From NCBI RefSeq assembly GCF_009914755.1, contig NC_060935.1: 64,000 nucleotides of DNA, one strand, 5' to 3'. The translations under genes were made by a program, and so were the position numbers. The notes beneath the pieces were generated by a model, which was not told the origin of the DNA, did not search any database, and saw only the letters and a program-made list of their open reading frames with translations. This DNA comes from the human T2T-CHM13v2.0 reference genome, Homo sapiens. How positions within the stretch are numbered: position 1 is the stretch's first letter; each line of letters begins with the position of its first letter. Positions 1 to 13,420 of the stretch are shown in pieces.

Positions 1-98
1 GTGTTCCACTTCAAGAATTGAACTTTCCTCTTGACAGAGCAGCTCTGAAACCCTCTTTTTCTAGAATCTGCAAGTGGACATTTGGAGGGCTTTGAGGC

Positions 99-115
99 CT
101 GTGGTGGAAAAGGAA
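99..115 (+). other. A-type (pJ-alpha-like) box, first A monomer; recurs once per HOR
   Basis: CTGTGGTGGAAAAGGAA sits at the position homologous to the CENP-B box and resembles the A-monomer motif CTAYGGTGRAAAAGGAA. Confidence 0.7.
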
Positions 116-268
116 AATCTTCACATAAAAACTAGATGGAAGCATTCTCAGAAACTACTTTGTGATGATTGCATTCGTCTCACAGAGTTGAACATTCCTA
201 TAGATAGAGCAGGTTGTAAACAATCTTTTTGTAGAATCTGCGATTGGAGATTTGGACTGCTTTGAGGC

Positions 269-285
269 CTACTGTAGTAAAGGAA
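269..285 (+). other. Degenerate A-type box, second A monomer; recurs once per HOR
   Basis: CTACTGTAGTAAAGGAA at the homologous position; it lacks the TTCG and CGGG cores. Confidence 0.6.
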
Positions 286-606
286 ATAACTTCATCTAAA
301 AACCAAACGGAAGCATTCACAGACAATTCTTAGTGATCATTGCATTGAACTAACAGAGCTGAACATTCCTTTAGATGGTGCAGTTTCCAAACACACTTTC
401 TGTAGAATCTGCAAGTGGATATTTGGACCTCTCTGAGGATTTCGTTGGAAACCGGATAAACTTCCCAGAACTACACAGAAGCATTCTGAGAAACTTCTTT
501 GTGATGTTTGCATTCAACTCACAGAGTTGAACCTTGCTTTCATAGTTCAGCTTTCAAACACTCTTTTTGTAGAATCTGCAAGTGGATATTTGGACCACTT
601 TGTGGC

Positions 607-623
607 CTTCCTTCGAAACGGGT
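607..623 (+). other. Degenerate CENP-B-box homolog (B*), present in every HOR
   Basis: CTTCCTTCGAAACGGGT has TTCC in place of the core TTCG of NTTCGNNNNANNCGGGN, so it is predicted not to bind. Confidence 0.75.
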
Positions 624-777
624 ATATCTTCACATCAAACCTAGACAGAAGCATTCTCAGAATGTTTCCTGTCATGACTGCATTCAACTCCCTGAGGTGA
701 ACAATCCTGCTGATGGAGCAGTTTTGAACCTCTCTTTCTTTGGATTCTGCAAGTAGATATGTGTACCACTGTGAAGA

Positions 778-794
778 TTTCGTTGGAAACGGGT
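778..794 (+). other. CENP-B box (landmark offset +704); example copy, recurs once per HOR
   Basis: TTTCGTTGGAAACGGGT matches all nine core positions. By eye the core is broken in about 7 of 75 units. Confidence 0.9.
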
Positions 795-1289
795 TCATCT
801 TCACAGAAAAACTAAACAGAAGCATTCTCAGAAACTGCTTTGTGATGTTTGTGTTCCACTTCAGGAATTGAACTTTCCTCTTGACAGAGCAGCTCTGAAA
901 CCCTCTTTTTCTAGAATCTGCAAGTGGACATTTGGAGGGCTTTGAGGCCTGTGGTGGAAAAGGAAAATCTTCACATAAAAACTTTATGGAAGCATTCTCA
1001 GAAACTACTTTGTGATGATTGCATTCGACTCACAGAGTTGAACATTCCTATAGATAGAGCAGGTTGTAAACAATCTTTTTGTAGAATCTGCGATTGGAGA
1101 TTTGGACTGCTTTGAGTCCTACTGTAGTAAAGGAAATAACTTCATCTAAAAACCAAACGGAAGCATTCACAGACAATTCTTAGTGATCATTGCATTGAAC
1201 TAACAGAGCTGAACATTCCTTTAGATGGAGCAGTTTCCAAACACACTTTCTGTAGAACCTGCAAGTGGATATTTGGACCTCTCTGAGGA

Positions 1290-1306
1290 TTTCGTTGGAA
1301 ACGGGA
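1290..1306 (+). other. Canonical CENP-B box (landmark offset +366); example copy, recurs once per HOR
   Basis: TTTCGTTGGAAACGGGA is an exact match to YTTCGTTGGAARCGGGA. By eye the core is broken in about 9 of 75 units. Confidence 0.95.
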
Positions 1307-4300
1307 TAAACTTCCCAGAGCTACACGGAAGCATTGTGAGAAACTTCTTTGTGATGTTTGCATTCAACTCACAGAGTTGAACCTTGCTTTCATAGTTCAG
1401 CTTTCAAACACTCTTTTTGTAGAATCTGCAAGTGGATATTTGGACCACTTTGTGGCCTTCCTTCGAAACGGGTATATCTTCACATCAAACCTAAACAGAA
1501 GCATTCTCAGAATGTTTCCTGTGATGACTGCATTCAACTCACAGAGGTGAACAATCCTGCTGATGGAGCAGTTTTGAAACTCTCTTTCTTTGGATTCTGC
1601 AAGTGGATATGTGGACCTCTGCGAAGATTTCGTTGGAAACGTGTTCATCTTCACAGAAAATCTAAACAGAAGCATTCTCAGAAACTGCTTTGTGATGTTT
1701 GTGTTCCACTTCAGGAATTGAACTTTCCTCTTGACAGAGCAGCTCTGAAACCCTCTTATTCTAGAATCTGCAAGTGGACATTTGGAGGGCTTTGAGGCCT
1801 GTGGTGGAAAAGGAAAATCTTCACATAAAAACTAGATGGAAGCATTCTCAGAAACTACTTTGTGATGATTGAATTCGACTCACAGAGTTGAACATTCCTA
1901 TAGATAGAGCAGGTTGTAAACAATCTTTTTGTAGAATCTGCGATTGGAGATTTGGACTGCTTTGAGGCCTACTGTAGTAAAGGAAATAACTTCATCTAAA
2001 AACCAAACGGAAGCATTCACAGACAATTCTTAGTGATCATTGGATTGAACTAACAGAGCTGAACATTCCTTTAGATGGCGCAGTTTCCAAACACACTTTC
2101 TGTAGAATCTGCAACTGGATATTTGGACCTCTCTGAGGATTTCGTTGGAAACGGGATAAACTTCCCAGAACTACACGGAAGCATGCTGAGAAACTTCTTT
2201 GTGATGTTTGCATTCAACTCACAGAGTTGAACCTTGCTTTCATAGTTCAGCTTTCAAACACTCTTTTTGTAGAATCTGCAAGTGGATATTTGGACCACTT
2301 TGTGGCCTTCCTTCGAAACGGGTATATGTTCACATCAAACCTAGACAGAAGCATTCTCAGAATGTTTCCTGTGATGACTGCATTCAACTCACAGAGGTGA
2401 ACAATCCTGCTGATGGAGCAGTTTTGAAACTCTCTTTCTTTGGATTCTGCAAGTGGATATGTGGACCTCTGTGAAGATTTCGTTGGAAACGGGTTCATCT
2501 TCACAGAAAAACTAAACAGAAGCATTCTCAGAAACTGCTTTGTGATGTTTGTGTTCCACTTCAGGAATTGAACTTTCCTCTTGACAGAGCAGCTCTGAAA
2601 CCCTCTTATTCTAGAATCTGCAAGTGGACATTTGGAGGGCTTTGAGGCCTGTGGTGGAAAAGGAAAATCTTCACATAAAAACTAGATGGAAGCATTCTCA
2701 GAAACTACTTTGTGATGATTGCATTCGACTCACAGAGTTGAACATTCCTATAGATAGAGCAGGTTGTAAACAATCTTTTTGTAGAATCTGCGATTGGAGA
2801 TTTGGACTGCTTTGAGGCCTACTGTAGTAAAGGAAATAACTTCATCTAAAAACCAAACGGAAGCATTCACAGACAATTCTTAGTGATCATTGCATTGAAC
2901 TAACAGAGCTGAACATTCCTTTAGATGGCGCAGTTTCCAAACACACTTTCTGTAGAATCTGCAAGTGGATATTTGGACCTCTCTGAGGATTTCGTTGGAA
3001 AAGGGATAAACTTCCCAGAACTACACGGAAGCATTCTGAGAAACTTCTTTGTGATGTTTGCATTCAACTCACAGAGTTGAACCTTGCTTTCATAGTTCAG
3101 CTTTCAAACCCTCTTTTTGTAGAATCTGCAAGTGGATATTTGGACCACTTTGTGGCCTTCCTTCGAAACGGATATATCTTCACATCAAACCTAGACAGAA
3201 GCATTCTCAGAATGTTTCCTGTGATGACTGCATTCAACTCACAGAGGTGAACAATCCTGCTGATGGAGCAGTTTTGAAACTCTCTTTCTTTGGATTCTGC
3301 AAGTGGATATGTGGACCTCTGTGAAGATTTCGTTGGAAACGGGTTCATCTTCACAGAAAAACTAAACAGAAGCATTCTCAGAAACTGCTTTGTGATGTTT
3401 GTGTTCCACTTCAGGAATTGAACTTTCCTCTTGACAGAGCAGCTCTGAAACCCTCTTTTTCTAGAATCTGCAAGTGGACATTTGGAGGGCTTTGAGGCCT
3501 GTGGTGGAAAAGGAAAATCTTCACATAAAAACTAGATGGAAGCATTCTCAGAAACTACTTTGTGATGATTGCATTCGACTCACAGAGTTGAACATTCCTA
3601 TAGATAGAGCAGGTTGTAAACAATCTTTTTCTAGAATCTGCTATTGGAAATTTGGACTGCTTTGAGGCCTACTGTAGTAAAGGAAATAACTTCATCTAAA
3701 AACCAAACGGAAGCATTCACAGACAATTCTCAGTGATCATTGGATTGAACTAACAGAGCTGAACATTCCTTTAGATGGAGCAGTTTCCAAACACACTTTC
3801 TGTAGAATCTGCAAGTGGATATTTGGACTTCTCTGACAATTTCGTTGGAAACGGGATAAACTTCCCAGAACTACACGGAAGCATTGTGAGAAACTTCTTT
3901 GTGATGTTTGCATTCAACTCACAGAGTTGAACCTTGCTTTCATAGTTCAGCTTTCAAACACTCTTTTTGTAGAATCTGCAAGTGGATATTTGGACCACTT
4001 TGTGGCCTTCCTTCGAAACGGGTATATCTTCACATCAAACCTAGACAGAAGCATTCTCAGAATGTTTCCTGTGATGACTGCATTCAACTCACAGAGGTGA
4101 ACAATCCTGCTGATGGAGCAGTTTTGAAACTCTCTTTCTTTGGATTCTGCAAGTGGATATGGGGACCTCTGTGAAGATTTCGTTGGAAACGGGTTCATCT
4201 TCACAGAAAAATTAACAGAAGCATTCTCAGAAACTGCTTTGTGATGTTTGTGTTCCACTTCAGGAATTGAACTTTCCTCTTGACAGAGCAGCTCTGAAAC

Positions 4301-7300
4301 CCTCTTATTCTAGAATCTGCAAGTGGAGATTTGGAGGGCTTTGAGGCCTGTGGTGGAAAAGGAAAATCTTCACATAAAAACTAGATGGAAGCATTCTCAG
4401 AAACTTCTTTGTGATGATTGCATTCGACTCACAGAGTTGAACATTCCTATAGATAGAGCAGGTTGTAAACAATCTTTTTGTAGAATCTGCGATTGGAGAT
4501 TTGGACTGCTTTGAGGCCTACTGTAGTAAAGGAAATAACTTCATCTAAAAACCAAACGGAAGCATTCACAGACAATTCTTAGTGATCATTGCATTGAACT
4601 AACAGAGCTGAACATTCCTTTAGATGGCGCAGTTTCCAAACACACTTTCTGTAGAATCTGCAAGTGGATATTTGGACCTCTCTGAGGATTTCGTTGGAAA
4701 CGGGATAAACTTCCCAGAACTACACGGAAGCATGCTGAGAAACTTCTTTGTGATGTTTGCATTCAACTCACAGAGTTGAACCTTGCTTTCATAGTTCAGC
4801 TTTCAAACACTCTTTTTGTAGAATCTGCAAGTGGATATTTGGACCACTTTGTGGCCTTCCTTCGAAACGGGTATATCTTCACATCAAACCTAGACAGAAG
4901 CATTCTCAGAATGTTTCCTGTGATGACTGCATTCAACTCACAGAGGTGAACAATCCTGCTGATGGAGCAGTTTTGAAACTCTCTTTCTTTGGATTCTGCA
5001 AGTGGATATGTGGACCTCTGTGAAGATTTCGTTGGAAACGGGTTCATCTTCACAGAAAAACTAAACAGAAGCATTCTCAGAAACTGCTTTGTGATGTTTG
5101 TGTTCCACTTCAGGAATTGAACTTTCCTCCTGACAGAGCAGCTCTGACACCCTCTTATTCTAGAATCTGCAAGTGGACATTTGGAGGGCTTTGAGGCCTG
5201 TGGTGGAAAAGGAAAATCTTCACATAAAAACTAGATGGAAGCATTCTCAGAAACTACTTTGTGATGATTGCATTCGACTCACAGAGTTGAACATTCCTAT
5301 AGATAGAGCAGGTTGTAAACAATCTTTTTGTAGAATCTGCGATTGGAGATTTGGACTGCTTTGAGGCCTACTGTAGTAAAGGAAATAACTTCATCTAAAA
5401 ACCAAACGGAAGCATTCACAGACAATTCTTAGTGATCATTGCATTGAACTAACAGAGCTGAACATTCCTTTAGATGGAGCAGTTTCCAAACACACTTTCT
5501 GTAGAACCTGCAAGTGGATATTTGGACCTCTCTGAGGATTTCGTTGGAAACGGGATAAACTTCCCAGAACTACACGGAAGCATTGTGAGAAACTTCTTTG
5601 TGATGTTTGCATTCAACTCACAGAGTTGAACCTTGCTTTCATAGTTCAGCTTTCAAACACTCTTTTTGTAGAATCTGCAAGTGGATATTTGGACCACTTT
5701 GTGGCCTTCCTTCGAAACGGTTATATCTTCACATCAAAACTAGACAGAAGCATTCTCAGAATGTTTCCTGTGAAGACTGCATTCAACTCACAGAGATGAA
5801 CAATCCTGTTGATGGAGCACTTTGGAAACTCTCTTTCTTTGGATTCTGCCAGTTGATATGTGGACCTCTGTGAAGATTTCGTTGGAAACGGGTTCATCTT
5901 CACAGAAAAACTAAACAGAAGCATTCTCAAAAACTACTTTGTGATGTTTGTGTTCCACTTCAAGAATTGAACTTTCCTCTTGACAGAGCAGCTCTGAAAA
6001 CCTCTTTTTCTAGAATCTGCAAGTGGACATTTGGAGGGCTTTGAGGCCTGTGGTGGAAAAGGAAAATCTTCACATAAAAACTAGATGGAAGCATTCTCAG
6101 AAACTACTTTGTGATGATTGCATTCGACTCACAGAGTTGAACATTCCTATAGATAGAGCAGGTTGTAAACAATCTTTTTGTAGAATCTGCGATTGGAGAT
6201 TTGGACTGCTTTGAGGCCTACTGTAGTAAAGGAAATAACTTCATCTAAAAACCAAACGGAAGCATTCAAAGACAATTCTTAGAGATCATTGGATTGAACT
6301 AACACAGCTGAACATTCCTTTAGATGGAGCAGTTTCCAAACACACTTTCTGTAGAATCTGCAAGTGGATATTTGGACTTCTCTGAGGATTTCGTTGGAAA
6401 CGGGATAAACTTCCCAGAACTACACGGAAGCATTGTGAGAAACTTCTTTGTGATGTTTGCATTCAACTCACAGAGTTGAACCTTGCTTTCATAGTTCAGC
6501 TTTCAAACACTCTTTTTGTAGAATCTGCAAGTGGATATTTGGACCACTTTGTGGCCTTCCTTCGAAACGGGTATATCTTCACATCAAACCTAGACAGAAG
6601 CATTCTCAGAATGTTTCCTGTGATGACTGCATTCAACTCACAGAGGTGAACAATCCTGCTGATGGAGCAGTTTTGAAACTCTCTTTCTTTGGATTCTGCA
6701 AGTGGATATGTGGACCTCTGTGAAGATTTCGTTGGAAATGGGTTCATCTTCACAGAAAAACTAAACAGGAGCATTCTCAGAAACTGCTTTGTGATGTTTG
6801 TGTTCCACTTCAAGAATTGAACTTTCCTCTTGACAGAGCAGCTCTGAAACCCTCTTTTTCTAGAATCTGCAAGTGGACATTTGGAGGGCTTTGAGGCCTG
6901 TGGTGGAAAAGGAAAATCTTCACATAAAAACTAGATGGAAGCATTCTCAGAAACTACTTTGTGATGATTGCATTCGACTCACAGAGTTGAACATTCCTAT
7001 AGATAGAGCAGGTTGTAAACAATCTTTCTGTAGAATCTGCGATTGGAGATTTGGACTGCTTTGAGGCCTACTGTAGTAAAGGAAATAACTTCATCTAAAA
7101 ACCAAACGGAAGCATTCACAGACAATTCTTAGTGATCATTGGATTGAACTAACAGAGCTGAACATTCCTTTAGATGGAGCAGTTTCCAAACACACTTTCT
7201 GTAGAATCTGCAAGTGGATATTTGGACTTCTCTGAGGATTTCGTTGGAAACGGGATAAACTTCCCAGAACTACACGGAAGCATTGTGAGAAACTTCTTTG

Positions 7301-8149
7301 TGATGTTTGCATTCAACTCACAGAGTTGAACCTTGCTTTCATAGTTCAGCTTTCAAACACTCTTTTTGTAGAATCTGCAAGTGGATATTTGGACCACTTT
7401 GTGGCCTTCCTTCGAAACGGGTATATCTTCACATCAAACCTAGACAGAAGCATTCTCAGAATGTTTCCTGTGATGACTGCATTCAACTCACAGAGGTGAA
7501 CAATCCTATTGATGGAGCACTTTTGAAACTCTCTTTCTTTGGATTCTGCAAGTTGATATGTGGACCTCTGTGAAGATTTCGTTGGAAACGGGTTCATCTT
7601 CACAGAAAAACTAAACAGAAGCATTCTCAGAAACTACTTTGTGATGTTTGTGTTCCACTTCAAGAATTGAACTTTCCTCTTGACAGAGCAGCTCTGAAAC
7701 CCTCTTTTTCTAGAATCTGCAAGTGGACATTTGGAGGGCTTTGAGGCCTGTGGTGGAAAAGGAAAATCTTCACATAAAAACTAGATGGAAGCATTCTCAG
7801 AAACTACTTTGTGATGATTGCATTCGTCTCACAGAGTTGAACATTCAAATAGATAGAGCAGGTTGTAAACAATCTTTTTGTAGAATCTGCGATTGGAGAT
7901 TTGGACTGCTTTGAGGCCTACTGTAGTAAAGGAAATAACTTCATCTAAAAACCAAACGGAAGCATTCACAGACAATTCTTAGTGATCATTGCATTGAACT
8001 AACAGAGCTGAACATTCCTTTAGATGGTGCAGTTTCCAAACACACTTTCTGTAGAATCTGCAAGTGGATATTTGGACCTCTCTGAGGATTTCGTTGGAAA
8101 CCGGATAAACTTCCCAGAACTACACAGAAGCATTCTGAGAAACTTCTTT

Positions 8150-11100
8150 GTGATGTTTGCATTCAACTCACAGAGTTGAACCTTGCTTTCATAGTTCAGC
8201 TTTCAAACACTCTTTTTGTAGAATCTGCAAGTGGATATTTGGACCACTTTGTGGCCTTCCTTCGAAACGGGTATATCTTCACATCAAACCTAGACAGAAG
8301 CATTCTCAGAATGTTTCCTGTCATGACTGCATTCAACTCACAGAGGTGAACAATCCTGCTGATGGAGCAGTTTTGAACCTCTCTTTCTTTGGATTCTGCA
8401 AGTGGATATGTGTACCACTGTGAAGATTTCGTTGGAAACGGGTTCATCTTCACAGAAAAACTAAACAGAAGCATTCTCAGAAACTGCTTTGTGATGTTTG
8501 TGTTCCACTTCAGGAATTGAACTTTCCTCTTTACAGAGCAGCTCTGAAACCCTCTTTTTCTAGAATCTGCAAGTGGACATTTGGAGGGCTTTGAGGCCTG
8601 TGGTGGAAAAGGAAAATCTTCACATAAAAACTTTATGGAAGCATTCTCAGAAACTTCTTTGTGATCATTGCATTCGACTCACAGAGTTGAACATTCCTAT
8701 AGATAGAGCAGGTTGTAAACAATCTTTTTGTAGAATCTGCGATTGGAGATTTGGACTGCTTTGAGGCCTACTGTAGTAAAGGAAATAACTTCATCTAAAA
8801 ACCAAACGGAAGCATTCACAGACAATTCTTAGTGATCATTGCATTGAACTAACAGAGCTGAACATTCCTTTAGATGGAGCAGTTTCCAAACACACTTTCT
8901 GTAGAATCTGCAAGTGGATATTTGGACTTCTCTGAGGATTTCGTTGGAAACGGGATAAACTTCCCAGAACTACACGGAAGCATTGTGAGAAACTTCTTTG
9001 TGATGTTTGCATTCAACTCACAGAGTTGAACCTTGCTTTCATAGTTCAGCTTTCAAACACTCTTTTTGTAGAATCTGCAAGTGGATATTTGGACCACATT
9101 GTGGCCTTCCTTCGAAACGGTTATATCTTCCCATCAAACCTAGACAGAAGCATTCTCAGAATGTTTCCTGTGATGACTGCATTCAACTCACAGAGGTGAA
9201 CAATCCTGTTGATGGAGCACTTTTGAAACTCTCTTTCTTTGGATTCTGCAAGTAGATATGTGGACCTCTGTGAAGATTTCGTTGGAAACGGGTTCATCTT
9301 CACAGAAAAACTAAACAGAAGCATTCTCAGAAACTACTTTGTGATGTTTGTGTTCCACTTCAAGAATTGAACTTTCCTCTTGACAGAGCAGCTCTGAAAC
9401 CCTCTTTTTCTAGAATCTGCAAGTGGACATTTGGAGGGCTTTGAGGCCTGTGGTGGAAAAGGAAAATCTTCACATAAAAACTAGATGGAAGCATTCTCAG
9501 AAACTACTTTGTGATGATTGCATTCGACTCACAGAGTTGAACATTCCTATAGATAGAGCAGGTTGTAAACAATCTTTTTGTAGAATCTGCGATTGGAGAT
9601 TTGGACTGCTTTGAGGCCTACTGTAGTAATGGAAATTACTTCATCTAAAAACCAAACGGAAGCATTCACAGACAATTCTTAGTGATCATTGCATTGAACT
9701 AACAGAGCTGAACATTCCTTTAGATGGAGCAGTTTCCAAACACACTTTCTGTAGAACCTGCAAGTGGATATTTGGACCTCTCTGAGGATTTCGTTGGAAA
9801 CGGGATAAACTTCCCAGAACTACACGGAAGCATTGTGAGAAACTTCTTTGTGATGTTTGCATTCAACTCACAGAGTTGAACCTTGCTTTCATAGTTCAGC
9901 TTTCAAACACTCTTTTTGTTGAATCTGCAAGTGGATATTTGGACCACTTTGTGGCCTTCCTTCGAAACGGGTATATCTTCACATCAAACCTAGACAGAAG
10001 CATTCTCAGAATGTTTCCTGTGATGACTGCATTCAACTCACAGAGGTGAACAATCCTGCTGATGGAGCAGTTTTGAAACTCTCTTTCTTTGGATTCTGCA
10101 AGTGGATATGGGGACCTCTGTGAAGATTTCGTTGGAAACGGGTTCATCTTCACAGAAAAACTAAACAGAAACATTCTCACAAACTACTTTGTGATGTTTG
10201 TGTTCCACTTCAGGAATTGAACTTTCCTCTTGACAGAGCAGCTCTGAAACCCTCTTATTCTATAATCTGCAAGTGGACATTTGGAGGGCTTTGAGGCCTG
10301 TGGTGGAAAAGGAAAATCTTCACATAAAAACTAGATGGAAGCATTCTCAGAAACTACTTTGTGATGATTGCATTCGACTCACAGAGTTGAACATTCCTAT
10401 AGATAGAGCAGGTTGTAAACAATCTTTTTGTAGAATCTGCGATTGGAGATTTGGACTGCTTTGAGGCCTACTGTAGTAAAGGAAATAACTTCATCTAAAA
10501 ACCAAACGGAAGCATTCACAGACAATTCTTAGTGATCATTGGATTGAACTAACAGAGCTGAACATTCCTTTAGATGGAGCAGTTTCCAAACCCACTTTCT
10601 GTAGAATCTGCAAGTGGATATTTGGACTTCTCTGAGGATTTCGTTGGAAACGGGATAAACTTCCCAGAACTACAGGGAAGCATTGTGAGAAACTTCTTTG
10701 TGATGTTTGCATTCAACTCACAGAGTTGAACCTTGCTTTCATAGTTCAGCCTTCAAACACTCTTTTTTTAGAATCTGCAAGTGGATATTTGGACCACTTT
10801 GTGGCCTTCCTTCGAAACGGGTATATCTTCACATCAAACCTAGACAGAAGCATTCTCAGAATGTTTCCTGTCATGACTGCATTCAACTCCCTGAGGTGAA
10901 CAATCCTGCTGATGGAGCAGTTTTGAACCTCTCTTTCTTTGGATTCTGCAAGTGGATATGTGTACCACTGTGAAGATTTCGTTGGAAACGGGTTCATCTT
11001 CACAGAAAAACTAAACAGAAGCATTCTCAGAAACTGCTTTGTGATGTTTGTGTTCCACTTCAGGAATTGAACTTTCCTCTTGACAGAGCAGCTCTGAAAC

Positions 11101-13420
11101 CCTCTTTTTCTAGAATCTGCAAGTGGACATTTTGAGGGATTTGAGGCCTGTGGTGGAAAAGGAAAATCTTCACATAAAAACTTTATGGAAGCATTCTCAG
11201 AAACTTCTTTGTGATCATTGCATTCGACTCACAGAGTTGAACATTCCTATAGATAGAGCAGGTTGTAAACAATCTTTTTGTAGAATCTGCGATTGGAGAT
11301 TTGGACTGCTTTGAGGCCTACTGTAGTAAAGGAAATAACTTCATCTAAAAACCAAACGGAAGCATTCACAGACAATTCTTAGTGATCATTGCATTGAACT
11401 AACAGAGCTGAACATTCCTTTAGATGGAGCAGTTTCCAAACACACTTTCTGTAGAATCTGCAAGTGGATATTTGGACTTCTCTGAGGATTTCGTTGGAAA
11501 CGGGATAAACTTCCCAGAACTACACGGAAGCATTGTGAGAAACTTCTTTGTGATGTTTGCATTCAACTCACAGAGTTGAACCTTGCTTTCATAGTTCAGC
11601 TTTCAAACACTCTTTTTGTAGAATCTGCAAGTGGATATTTGGACCACATTGTGGCCTTCCTTTGAAACGGTTATATCTTCCCATCAAACCTAGACAGAAG
11701 CATTCTCAGAATGTTTCCTGTGATGACTGCATTCAACTCACAGAGGTGAACAATCCTGTTGATGGAGCACTTTTGAAACTCTCTTTCTTTGGATTCTGCA
11801 AGTAGATATGTGGACCTCTGTGAAGATTTCGTTGGAAACGGGTTCATCTTCACAGAAAAACTAAACAGAAGCATTCTCAGAAACTACTTTGTGATGTTTG
11901 TGTTCCACTTCAAGAATTGAACTTTCCTCTTGACAGAGCAGCTCTGAAACCCTCTTTTTCTAGAATCTGCAAGTGGACATTTGGAGGGCTTTGAGGCCTG
12001 TGGTGGAAAAGGAAAATCTTCACATAAAAACTAGATGGAAGCATTCTCAGAAACTACTTTGTGATGATTGCATTCGACTCACAGAGTTGAACATTCCTAT
12101 AGATAGAGCAGGTTGTAAACAATCTTTTTGTAGAATCTGCGATTGGAGATTTGGACTGCTTTGAGGCCTACTGTAGTAATGGAAATTACTTCATCTAAAA
12201 ACCAAACGGAAGCATTCACAGACAATTCTTAGTGATCATTGCATTGAACTAACAGAGCTGAACATTCCTTTAGATGGAGCAGTTTCCAAACACACTTTCT
12301 GTAGAACCTGCAAGTGGATATTTGGACCTCTCTGAGGATTTCGTTGGAAACGGGATAAACTTCCCAGAACTACACGGAAGCATTGTGAGAAACTTCTTTG
12401 TGATGTTTGCATTCAACTCACAGAGTTGAACCTTGCTTTCATAGTTCAGCTTTCAAACACTCTTTTTGTAGAATCTGCAAGTGGATATTTGGACCACTTT
12501 GTGGCCTTCCTTCGAAACGGGTATATCTTCACATCAAACCTAGACAGAAGCATTCTCAGAATGTTTCCTGTGATGACTGCATTCAACTCACAGAGGTGAA
12601 CAATCCTGCTGATGGAGCAGTTTTGAAACTCTCTTTCTTTGGATTCTGCAAGTGGATATGGGGACCTCTGTGAAGATTTCGTTGGAAACGGGTTCATCTT
12701 CACAGAAAAACTAAACAGAAATATTCTCACAAACTACTTTGTGATGTTTGTGTTCCACTTCAGGAATTGAACTTTCCTCTTGACAGAGCAGCTCTGAAAC
12801 CCTCTTATTCTATAATCTGCAAGTGGACATTTGGAGGGCTTTGAGGCCTGTGGTGGAAAAGGAAAATCTTCACATAAAAACTAGATGGAAGCATTCTCAG
12901 AAACTACTTTGTGATGATTGCATTCGACTCACAGAGTTGAACATTCCTATAGATAGAGCAGGTTGTAAACAATCTTTTTGTAGAATCTGCGATTGGAGAT
13001 TTGGACTGCTTTGAGGCCTACTGTAGTAAAGGAAATAACTTCATCTAAAAACCAAACGGAAGCATTCACAGACAATTCTTAGTGATCATTGGATTGAACT
13101 AACAGAGCTGAACATTCCTTTAGATGGAGCAGTTTCCAAACCCACTTTCTGTAGAATCTGCAAGTGGATATTTGGACTTCTCTGAGGATTTCGTTGGAAA
13201 CGGGATAAACTTCCCAGAACTACAGGGAAGCATTGTGAGAAACTTCTTTGTGATGTTTGCATTCAACTCACAGAGTTGAACCTTGCTTTCATAGTTCAGC
13301 TTTCAAACACTCTTTTTGTAGAATCTGCAAGTGGATATTTGGACCACTTTGTGGCCTTCCTTCGAAACGGGTATATCTTCACATCAAACCTAGACAGAAG
13401 CATTCTCAGAATGTTTCCTG
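8150..13420 (+). repeat. Tandem duplication of three HOR units (2550-bp period); edges approximate
   Basis: Rare variants repeat at +2550: GTCATG, GATCATTG, CCACATT, TAATGGAAATTAC, GGGGACC, and XbaI loss TCTATA at 10259 and 12809. Confidence 0.85.

Larger units (their letters stand above)
60..909 (+). repeat. Representative HOR unit (XbaI to XbaI), five diverged monomers
   Basis: TCTAGA at 60-65 and 910-915. Homologous A/B-box positions fall at 99, 269, 440, 607, 778 and 949, giving spacings of 170, 171, 167, 171 and 171 bp (sum 850). Confidence 0.95.

Noticed and set aside
10259-10266. TATAAT / TATA-like motifs as promoters
   Set aside because: This is a single G to T change in the XbaI site of AT-rich satellite, with no other support. 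Alpha-satellite transcription is known, but start sites cannot be inferred here.
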